A stretch of 64,000 nucleotides of DNA from the NCBI GenBank assembly GCA_964057225.1, contig OZ059896.1, positions 6,758,001 to 6,822,000 of the forward strand, in the 5' to 3' direction. Shown here in pieces: positions 15,001-26,051 of the stretch (positions are counted from its first letter, which is position 1; the number at the start of each line of letters is the position of its first letter). Both the position numbers and the translations under genes were made by a program. The notes under the pieces are model-generated. The model searched no databases. It saw only the letters and a list, made by a program, of their open reading frames with translations, and was not told the origin of the DNA. This stretch comes from Auanema rhodensis (taxonomy: Eukaryota; Animalia; Nematoda).

Positions 15001-18000
15001 TTTTCCGGAAACAGGAGAACTCGGAGCAAAATCTCACTAATTTTTTCAGATTCTACACATCTGAATACCCAACCTTAGACTATTTTAGTTTTATTTTAGT
15101 TGATGATCTTTGAGTAATTCGAACATTCACCGGGCACAACGTGCCTACAGCCTGAACTTTTTTGTGAACAAATCCTGTGGATGGTGTCGATATAAACCTT
15201 TTTTCCGGAAATAGGAAAACTCCGAGCGAAATCTTACTAAGATTTTCAGATTCTACACATCTGAATACCCAACCTTAGACTATTTTAGTTTTATTTTAGT
15301 TGATGATCTTTGAGTAATTCGAACATTCACCGGGCACAACGTGCCTACAGCCTGAATTTTTTTGTGAACAAATCCTGTGGATGGTGTCGATATAAACCTT
15401 TTTTCCGGAAACAGGAGAAGTCCGAGCAAAATCTTACTAAGATTTTCAGATTCTACACATCTGAATACCCAACCTTAGACTATTTTAGTTTTATTTTAGT
15501 TGATGATCTTTGAGTAATTCGAACATTCACCGGGCACAACGTGCCTACAGCCTGAACTTTTTTGTGAACAAATCCTGTGGATGGTGTCGATATAAACCTT
15601 TTTTCCGGAAACAGGAGAAGTCCGAGCAAAATCTTACTAAGATTTTCAGATTCTACACATCTGAATACCCAACCTTAGACTATTTTAGTTTTATTTTAGT
15701 TGATGATCTTTGAGTAATTCGAACATTCACCGGGCACAACGTGCCTACAGCCTGAACTTTTTTGTGAACAAATCCTGTGGATGGTGTCGATATAAACCTT
15801 TTTTCCGGAAACAGGAGAAGTCCGAGCAAAATCTTACTAAGATTTTCAGATTCTACACATCTGAATACCCAACCTTAGACTATTTTAGTTTTATTTTAGT
15901 TGATGATCTTTGAGTAATTCGAACATTCACCGGGCACAACGTGCCTACAGCCTGAACTTTTTTGTGAACAAATCCTGTGGATGGTGTCGATATAAACCTT
16001 TTTTCCGGAAATAGGAAAACTCCGAGCGAAATCTTACTAAGATTTTCAGATTCTACACATCTGAATACCCAACCTTAGACTATTTTAGTTTTATTTTAGT
16101 TGATGATCTTGGAGTAATTCGAACATTCACCGGGCACAACGTGCCTACAGCCTGAACTTTTTTGTGAACAAATCCTGTGGATGGTGTCGATATAAACCTT
16201 TTTTCCGGAAATAGGAAAACTCCGAGCGAAATCTTACTAAGATTTTCCGATTCTACACATCTGAATACCCAACCTTAGACTATTTTAGTTTTATTTTAGT
16301 TGATGATCTTTGAGTAATTCGAACATTCACCGGGCACAACGTGCCTACAGCCTGAACTTTTTTGTGAACAAATCCTGTGGATGGTGTCGATATAAACCTT
16401 TTTTCCGGAAACAGGAGAAGTCCGAGCAAAATCTTACTAAAATTTTCAGATTCTACACATCTGAATACCCAACCTTAGACTATTTTAGTTTTATTTTAGT
16501 TGATGATCTTTGAGTAATTCGAACATTCACCGAGCACAACGTGCCTACAGCCTGAACTTTTTTGTGAACAAATACTGTGGATGGTGCCGATATAAACCTT
16601 TTTTCCGGAGATAGGAAAACTCCGAGCGAAATCTTACTAAGATTTTCAGATTCTACACATCTGAATACCCAACCTTAGACTATTTTAGTTTTATTTTAGT
16701 TGATGATCTTTGAGTAATTCGAACATTCACCGGGCACAACGTGCCTACAGCCTGAACTTTTTTGTGAACAAATACTGTGGATGGTGTCGATATAAACCTT
16801 TTTTCCGGAAATAGGAAAACTCCGAGCGAAATCTTACTAAGATTTTCAGATTCTACACATCTGAATACCCAACCTTAGACTATTTTAGTTTTATTTTAGT
16901 TGATGATCTTTGAGTAATTCGAACATTCACCGGGCACAACGTGCCTACAGCCTGAACTTTTTTGTGAACAAATACTGTGGATGGTGTCGATATAAACCTT
17001 TTTTCCGGAGATAGGAAAACTCCGAGCGAAATCTTACTAAGATTTTCAGATTCTACACATCTGAATACCCAACCTTAGACTATTTTAGTTTTATTTTAGT
17101 TGATGATCTTTGAGTAATTCGAACATTCACCGGGCACAACGTGCCTACAGCCTGAACTTTTTTGTGAACAAATCCTGTGGATGGTGTCGATATAAACCTT
17201 TTTTCCGGAAACAGGAGAAGTCCGAGCAAAATCTTACTAAGATTTTCAGATTCTACACATCTGAATACCCAACCTCAGACTATTTTAGTTTTATTTTAGT
17301 TGATGATCTTGGAGTAATTCGAACATTCACCGGGCACAACGTGCCTACAGCCTGAACTTTTTTGTGAACAAATCCTGTGGATGGTGTCGATATAAACCTT
17401 TTTTCCGGAAACAGGAGAACTCGGAGCAAAATCTCACTAATTTTTTCAGATTCTACACATCTGAATACCCAACCTTAGACTATTTTAGTTTTATTTTAGT
17501 TGATGATCTTGGAGTAATTCGAACATTCACCGGGCACAACGTGCCTACAGCCTGAACTTTTTTGTGAACAAATCCTGTGGATGGTGTCGATATAAACCTT
17601 TTTTCCGGAAACAGGAGAAGTCCGAGCAAAATCTTACTAAGATTTTCAGATTCTACACATCTGAATACCCAACCTCAGACTATTTTAGTTTTATTTTAGT
17701 TGATGATCTTGGAGTAATTCGAACATTCACCGGGCACAACGTGCCTACAGTCTGAACTTTTTTGTGAACAAATCCTGTGGATGGTGTCGATATAAACCTT
17801 TTTTCCGGAAATAGGAAAACTCCGAGCGAAATCTTACTAAGATTTTCAGATTCTACACATCTGAATACCCAACCTTAGACTATTTTAGTTTTATTTTAGT
17901 TGATGATCTTGGAGTAATTCGAACATTCACCGGGCACAACGTGCCTACAGCCTGAATTTTTTTGTGAACAAATACTGTGGATGGTGTCGATATAAACCTT

Positions 18001-20007
18001 TTTTCCGGAAATAGGAAAACTCCGAGCGAAATCTTACTAAGATTTTCAGATTCTACACATCTGAATACCCAACCTTAGACTATTTTAGTTCTATTTCAGT
18101 TGATGATCTTTGAGTAATTCGAACATTCACCGGGCACAACGTGACTACTGCCTGAACTTTTTTGTGAACAAATCCTGTGGATGGTGTCGATATAAACCTT
18201 TTTTCCGGAAATAGGAAAACTCCGAGCGAAATCTTACTAAGATTTTCAGATTCTACACATCTGAATACCCAACCTTAGACTATTTTAGTTCTATTTCAGT
18301 TGATGATCTTTGAGTAATTCGAACATTCACCGGGTACAACGTGCCTACAGCCTGAACTTTTTTGTGAACAAATCCTGTGGATGGTGTCGATATAAACCTT
18401 TTTTCCGGAAATAGGAAAACTCCGAGCGAAATCTTACTAAGATTTTCAGATTCTACACATCTGAATACCCAACCTTAGACTATTTTAGTTCTATTTCAGT
18501 TGATGATCTTGGAGTAATTCGAACATTCACCGGGCACAACGTGCCTACAGCCTGAATTTTTTTGTGAACAAATACTGTGGATGGTGTCGATATAAACCTT
18601 TTTTCCGGAAACAGGAGAAGTCCGAGCAAAATCTTACTAAGATTTTCAGATTCTACACATCTGAATACCCAACCTTAGACTATTTTAGTTCTATTTCAGT
18701 TGATGATCTTTGAGTAATTCGAACATTCACCGGGCACAACGTGCCTACAGCCTGAACTTTTTTGTGAACAAATCCTGTGGATGGTGTCGATATAAACCTT
18801 TTTTCCGGAAATAGGAAAACTCCGATCGAAATCTTACTAAGATTTTCAGATTCTACACATCTGAATACCCAACCTTAGACTATTTTAGTTCTATTTCAGT
18901 TGATGATCTTTGAGTAATTCGAACATTCACCGGGCACAACGTGCCTACAGCCTGAATTTTTTTGTGAACAAATCCTGTGGATGGTGTCGATATAAACCTT
19001 TTTTCCGGAAATAGGAAAACTGCGATCGAAATCTTACTAAGATTTTCAGATTCTACACATCTGAATACCCAACCTTAGACTATTTTAGTTTTATTTTAGT
19101 TGATGATCTTGGAGTAATTCGAACATTCACCGGGCACAACGTGCCTACAGCCTGAATTTTTTTGTGAACAAATCCTGTGGATGGTGTCGATATAAACCTT
19201 TTTTCCGGAAACAGGAAAAGTCCGATCGAAATCTTACTAAGATTTTCAGATTCTACACATCTGAATACCCAACCTTAGACTATTTTAGTTCTATTTCAGT
19301 TGATGATCTTTGAGTAATTCGAACATTCATCGGGCACAACGTGACTACTGCCTGAACTTTTTTGTGAACAAATCCTGTGGATGGTGTCGATATAAACCTT
19401 TTTTCCGGAAACAGGAAAAGTCCGATCGAAATCTTACTAAGATTTTCAGATTCTACACATCTGAATACCCAACCTTAGACTATTTTAGTTCTATTTCAGT
19501 TGATGATCTTTGAGTAATTCGAACATTCACCGGGCACAACGTGACTACTGCCTGAACTTTTTTGTGAACAAATCCTGTGGATGGTGTCGATATAAACCTT
19601 TTTTCCGGAAACAGGAAAAGTCCGATCGAAATCTTACTAAGATTTTCAGATTCTACACATCTGAATACCCAACCTTAGACTATTTTAGTTCTATTTCAGT
19701 TGATGATCTTTGAGTAATTCGAACATTCACCGGGCACAACGTGACTACAGTCTGAACTTTTTTGTGAACAAATCCTGTGGATGGTGTCGATATAAACCTT
19801 TTTTCCGGAAACAGGAAAAGTCCGATCGAAATCTTACTAAGATTTTCAGATTCTACACATCTGAATACCCAACCTTAGACTATTTTAGTTCTATTTCAGT
19901 TGATGATCTTTGAGTAATTCGAACATTCACCGGGCACAACGTGACTACTGCCTGAACTTTTTTGTGAACAAATCCTGTGGATGGTGTCGATATAAACCTT
20001 TTTTCCG
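1..20007. repeat. Tandem satellite array, 200-bp monomer, about 100 copies, open at the left edge of the window
   Basis: The monomer cttttttccggaaacaggag...tcaccgggcacaacgtgcc...gtcgatataaac recurs with period 200. One 193-bp unit (~3560) and four 201-bp units (~10078, 10478, 10879, 11680) are present. The array stops mid-unit at ttttccg|aaacgataaaag. Confidence 0.99.
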
Positions 20008-20051
20008 AAACGATAAAAGTGATAAGAACTATTTTTTTGAGTTTAGGCATA

Positions 20052-20077
20052 GCTTCTACAACGATAGTTGTGGGAGC
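20052..20077 (+). other. Hairpin at the array boundary
   Basis: GCTTCTACAAC-GATA-GTTGTGGGAGC forms an 11-bp stem with two G-T pairs. It is preceded by a T7 run and one TTAGGC (20043-20048). Confidence 0.6.
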
Positions 20078-20703
20078 GGTCCTGAATCCTCGGTCCTGGC
20101 TCCTTGGGCTCCTAATCCCCGGTCCTGGAGCTCCTGGTCGGGGTCCTTCGATAACCGTAAAAAAATTTCGAAAACCGGTTCTGGAGCTCCTGGTCCTGGG
20201 TCCTGGGTCCTCTGTCCCGGAGCTCCTGGTCCTGGGTCCTGGGTCCTCTGTCCCGGAGCTCCTGGTCCTGGGTCCTGGGTCCTCTGTCCCGGAGCTCCTG
20301 GTCCTGGGTCCTGGGTCCTCGGTCCCGGAGCTCCTGGTCCTCGGTCCCGGAGCTCCTGGTCCTCGGTCCCGGAGCTCCTGGTCCTCGGTCCTGGGTCCTC
20401 GGTCCCGGAGCTCCTGGTCCTCGGTCCTGGGTCCTCGGTCCCGGAGCTCCTGGTCCTCGGTCCTGGGTCCTCGGTCCCGGAGCTCCTGGTCCTCAGTGCT
20501 GGGTCCTCGGTCCCGGAGCTCCTGGTCCTCGGTGCTGGGTCCTCGGTCCCGGAGCTCCTGGTCCTCGGTGCTGGGTCCTCGGTCCCGGAGCTCCTGGTCC
20601 TCGGTGCTGGGTCCTCGGTCCCGGAGCTCCTGGTCCTCGGTGCTGGGTCCTCGGTCCCGGAGCTCCTGGTCCTCGGTGCTGGGTCCTCGGTGCTGGGTCC
20701 TCG
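20078..20703. repeat. GC-rich minisatellite, 36-bp unit built from GGTCCT sub-repeats
   Basis: ggagctcctggtcctcggtgctgggtcctcggtccc and variants run from about 20181 to 20703, with degenerate copies from 20078. The variants change progressively along the array. Confidence 0.97.
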
Positions 20704-20744
20704 GGGTTCTGATTCTATAACTTTAGTCTTACCTTTTGCTTATC

Positions 20745-20816
20745 AGTAACTTGTGGGATTCGAACTTGGACTGTTTGAGTGCCAGTCTGTCATCTTATCC
20801 TTTCGGCTATTGACCA
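20745..20816 (-). pseudogene. Degenerate tRNA-derived element (tRNA pseudogene or SINE head)
   Basis: The minus strand has A-box-like TAGCCGAAAGG and B-box GTTCGAATCC at tRNA-like spacing, but the acceptor and T stems pair poorly. Confidence 0.5.
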
Positions 20817-21993
20817 CATTTATATATAAAAGGTAACTATATGATAAAATAAAAAATGGATATATCATATAAACCTTAAAGCAATATAGCTTCACTATGT
20901 GTGCTATGTTCAAGTCGTTATATCTCCTTAATTTGACAGTATTTTCAAATTTAAATTAGTTTTTCAGGTTCCACGGGTTTGATTTTATATAATTCAGTTC
21001 CAAAATACTTAATTTATAACTGTTAATTTTAAGTTTTCTTTAAAACCATACCAGAGAATAATACTCTTCAAAGTCGCGCTCCACTGATAATTGAGAATTC
21101 AGTTCAAATATTTAATTCATTTATTATTAATGTTTTTTATTTTAAATTAACGATTTTTCAATATATTGTTGTGATGTAGATAAAGGAAAATAGTAAACAA
21201 AATTAAAATATATATCACAGCAATGTATTGAAAAATCGCTTTATTTCTTTTTGAAATTTTAAATTGTAAGTTCTAGCCAAGTAAGCAGGAACAATAACCG
21301 AATTTGATACTTCAATGAATACCTTTTGCAAAATATTTGAAAGCTTGATTTGACGGCTTTGGTTAAAAAATATTCGGCTTGAGGCGTTTAAGTGAAGATG
21401 ATTAATCTGAATTTAAGATCTTAAGTCAAAATTTCATGATAACATGCGATGCTATTCAAGTTTTATTCGAATAGATATTATATTGAAATACAAACTACAG
21501 TTTATTTCAATTTTTAAACATTTTTTAGTTAGTTTATCACAAAAAAATCATAGATTAAAAGCTTTAAATGGTCATGATGGAAAATATAGAAATATACTAT
21601 CGATTTAGATATTATTACATATTTTACAAATATTGATTAACTTTTTTTTTATTTTTGTATTACTTTCAAAATATTTTTTCATAATAATTGTTAAGTATAT
21701 ATTTAAGTTGATTAGTATCTTCTTTTATGTTCCTTAAAAATCAAAAATAAGCATATAGAGCAAAAGAATTTCATAGTTCTGTTCTGATTAAGTGTCCTTT
21801 TTTGCAGTTTATATGTTGAATTTAAATATGTTTTATGAAACATCTTTACTTGGGTTAACCCAAAACTGTCTTTTTTTAGATTTAACCAAATTTCATAAAA
21901 ATAATATAATATTTTATTTTTTTTTGCAATATTTCGAATTTTATTATTAATATAAAATATTTACAATAACATATCAATTAATATATTTTATTT

Positions 21994-24418
21994 TTAATCA
22001 CATTTCTTTTTTGATTTATTTCTGAACATTTTATATATAAATAAAATTATAATATAAATTATATAAAGAACAGTAAGAATTATAGAAATAATTGTAAAAA
22101 TGACATCAATTGAATAAAACTGAATTATATTCAAATGTCTTGCGTATGAATCCAAGTTTGATATTCTTCCAACTCTGAAAATTTGATATGGTTACTTAAG
22201 AAAATTCAAAGAAATTCATACTTTCCAGCAAACTCAACATGCTTAACGAATGTTTCTTTTGGATTATTAGGAGCACTGTTCAAAATCTCAGATAATTTTT
22301 GAGCTTTTTCAGTGAATCTGAAGCAAAATATGGCAATTCTACAAAGAAAAAAAGTTACTAACGTTTTATCATTTAATGCTCTAGAGATAACACTGGATAA
22401 CATCTTTTTGTCTTTCAAATCATGTTTTGATAAATCAATAGAGCCTCCATAACGAGTAAGCATTTTGGAATTTCTTACTTGATCAGCAAACAATGGAATC
22501 TAAAATAATTAGAATATTTTATACACGTAGATGTTAATAAGTTCACGTAAAGTTCACGTGAACTATTATCATTTCAACAAGTTAGTAGATGTTAAGCGGT
22601 TGCATTTATATGATTTCATGATTATTTTAGTTAAATAGCTAAGAAAACTTACGAAGACTGCGGGTTTTCCAAGATAAGCAACTTCAGTCGTACTTCCAAG
22701 TCCTCCGTGAGTTATAAACAGATTCAGACGAGGATCATTGAGAAGGGCAACCTGTGGCATCCACTTGACCAAATGAACGTTTGGCAAATGATCAGCAATA
22801 TCAGTATCTTCTTCATATTTCCAAATGAAAGTTACATCTTTCATTTCTTCGAAAACAGCCAAAAGACTTTTTCTGAAAGTTTTCAAAAAAAAAAGTTTTT
22901 TATTCAATTTTGTTGATTTTTACTTGTATTCTTCAGGCATATCTTTACTTTTTGCTACAGAACCAAATGAAACTAATACATTTTTCTTTCTTTCATTCAA
23001 AATCTGATCGAATTCCTGAAAAACAAAACCTATAAAGTTATATTTTTGAATAAATAAATCTTTCTATTTGTATTATAAAATGATTAAGTAATGTATAAAT
23101 TTACTGACTCCGAGATTTTTGGACGATTTGAAATCTTCATCAACAACAATCCCTCCGATTTCAATTGTTTTCGATATCATAGGCCGTGAAAACGATAAGT
23201 ATGGATTAGAGTTCGTGAACATGAAAGAAACGTCAGCGAGGATATCCTACAAAAAAACTTCTAAAATTACGCATTTTTATAATCTACTTTACTGAATAAT
23301 GTCTGAAATTTCTGTCGTGATACGTTTTGAACAGTTCAATTTCTTGATCAAAAACTTTTCTGAAGAAATAATCACCAGCATGCAAACCAAGGAAATTTTT
23401 GATTCGTTGAATGAAAGTCATGTTATTTCCAAACTGACCCATACCGGCAGGAACGTAACTGGGGAAGATAGGTTCTCCTTTAATTCTTATTTTATATAAT
23501 ATTATAATATGATATTTATACCTATTATAGTAGATATTAATTCTTTTGACGAAACTGATAGTGTGCCAATTGTGACAGGAATTTTCATTAATTCAAACAA
23601 ACCTACAAATAAATATAAAATCTTATATTTTATATATTATGTTATATATTATAAAAATGTTTATAACAGTATTTTTTGTTGAAAAATATATTATAATATA
23701 ATTAATATCTAATATCAAATTTTTCTGAATATATAGTTACCGAATGAGCAAATAGTGAATGGTTCTCCAATTCCAATATCAAACTTTTCATTTTGCAAAT
23801 GTGATAATAAAGTATCATTTGTTAAAACATCTGTAATATATAAATATAATTTATTTTGTATTTCTGTTTCACTTACTTTCACATGTTCTAACAAAACTGA
23901 ATGTCATATTAGAAACCATCTAAAGAAATTATATTATAATAAATAAATAATCAAGTTTTAATAAATAACTTACACTAAGCATGGAAAATGGACTAGCTTC
24001 CATGGACCATAACTTTTTGAAAAGATTATTCTCTGCTTCATCAACCATTTCCCGAACTTTCGGATGTGGTGGTAAAATAATCACATTTTTAGTTAATTTG
24101 ACACCTGTTTTATCCATTAAACGATAATTTTGAATTGGCATCAATAAAGTCTAAAATATTATAATATTAAATATAATTTATATTAACTAATAAGAAAAAC
24201 ATATAAATATAAAATATAAATAGTTTACCACATTGTGTCCACGTTCAGTTAAAGCATCAGCTATTTTGCCCATAAAATTTGTATGTGAATGACCAAAAAT
24301 AGGTGAATATACAAGAATTTTGAAAGCATCATATCCTAATGAAAAAATAAATATTTATTATATTTAATTATAATAACTTACCACAGAATAATAAAGAAAA
24401 TATAAGAATTGACCGCAT
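21994..24418 (-). CDS. UDP-glucuronosyltransferase (nematode ugt family), multi-exon
   Basis: Signal peptide MRSILIFSLLFC, FKILVYSPIFGHSHTNFM, the UGT signature WMPQVALLNDPRLNLFITHGGLGST...PLFADQ, a C-terminal TM helix and a dilysine tail KSKKKCD*. Confidence 0.95.
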
Positions 24419-25379
24419 TATGTGAGAAAAATAAAACATTTAACTGTATATATGTATATATACAGTTATCAATTAGAAAGTTAGAAATCTTATCAATTAA
24501 ATTCTTATAATGTTCAAACAATAATGATGTTATATAACTTAATGATAATGGTTTAGCTTAATATATTTATGAAACTTTATTTCATAATTTAATCTTTTAA
24601 CAATGTAAATTTGAATTTATTTGATTAATAAAATATAAATTTCCCAATTCTTTAAGATTATTTTCCAATTTCAACACATTTCTTAGCTAATTCTTGGTGT
24701 TTTATCAGTATTACTTATCGGTTTTACATAGAACTTGAACGTCATCTCCTAAATAAACAATTCTTTGTAATAGAACATATCATATTTGAATTAATTTTTT
24801 CCTTTAGCATGTAACAATGAAATTATTTTATTCTTATTTGATTGTATTTTAGTCTATAGTCTTTGATTAAACTATCATTTTACAGTAAAAATTCTATGAT
24901 TTAAGTTGCTGATAGCAATTATCTATCGTTTCTCAAAATGAGTTTTTTTTTTCATTTTAATACCTTCTTGATCTCTGAACCAATGGTTTCGAAAAAAATA
25001 CAAAGCTCGAATCGTTCTTGTTCAAAGTTCAACCTAATGATGAACCGATCATTTGGATTGTAATCAAGATATATACTATATGTTAACTTTTCCAAATGTT
25101 TCAGTGTTCTTACACATGTAGTTGGTTCTGCTTGTTTGTGTCTCTTTTCTGACGGACAAGTCATGAAGGCTTCATATGCCAATCTATGATTGAACCATGA
25201 TTCAAATGCACGTATATGCAGTTCTGTGCGATGAAAACACTCGAAAAATCTCTCGATTCGTTTGAAACAAACTACAAAAACTCAGAAAAAAAATATGATT
25301 AGTATTGAAAAACTCCATTAATTAAATTAATTTTTTCGAATGTTTTGTAGTTTGAAGGGGGTTGAGCCCTCCTCTCTCA

Positions 25380-25597
25380 AGAGGTGTCCCACTTTCATCA
25401 CACGAATAAATATTTTAGAATTAAAAATAGAACATTTTTCAAGATAGGTATAAGAAAGTTGGTTGAGAATTGGCAGAAAGCTTTGCAAAATGAAGGGCAA
25501 TGCTTTTTGTTTCAAGTTTCTGAACAAACGTTTCAAAAATATAAAGTGGGTGCATGTGGGCGGGAGTAGTGCCAGAAACTTTTGACCACATCTAATA
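25380..25597 (+). mobile_element. Degenerate mariner-family transposon 3' remnant
   Basis: FFKIGIRKLVENWQKALQNEGQCF resembles the mariner transposase C-terminus (GIxKLxxRWxKxxxxxGxYF). It is followed by a TIR-like end aaacttttgaccacatctaata+TA. Confidence 0.65.
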
Positions 25598-26051
25598 TAT
25601 CACAACTTTAGTATGGTTAATAAATAATATATTTTTGATCAATAGAATAATTTGATTACAATAAACAATTAATTAGAGTTTTATTATATTTTGATCTAAA
25701 CAGATTCTTTTAAGGATATGAATACAAGTAATAATGTTATATAAAAATAAAAATAAATTATATTAATGGATGGATGGATATAAATTTGATACCGAATCTG
25801 AATCTTAACACACTCTAAGCATTGTAAATGTTTTTATAAAATTAATTTATACATTCAAATGCTGAAGATATATTTTATATTTATGAAGACAATTAATAAA
25901 CTGATTCAAAGAGAGATAATTGTAATTAAAATTGTCAATCTGACTATTTTCTTATTTTTATATTAATATTGTGATTTTGTATTTAATATACAATTATAAA
26001 CAATAATTTATTATGTTTTTCATTCATGAATTCAAATAGTTAATGACATAA

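Noticed and set aside
113-19913. Dozens of 63-81 aa ORFs (MSNSNIHRAQ...)
   Set aside because: They are translations of the satellite monomer with TTG/GTG starts. The 200-bp period is not a multiple of 3 and many units have internal stops.
1-20007. CRISPR array or SL1/5S/snRNA gene cluster
   Set aside because: There are no unique spacers, the context is eukaryotic, and no SL1 leader (GGTTTAATTACCCAAGTTTGAG) or recognisable 5S/snRNA sequence is present.
19910-20749. 279-aa and 247-aa ORFs with GAPGP repeats (collagen-like)
   Set aside because: They arise from a stop-free 36-bp minisatellite that is open in several frames. There is no sustained Gly-X-Y and no signal peptide.
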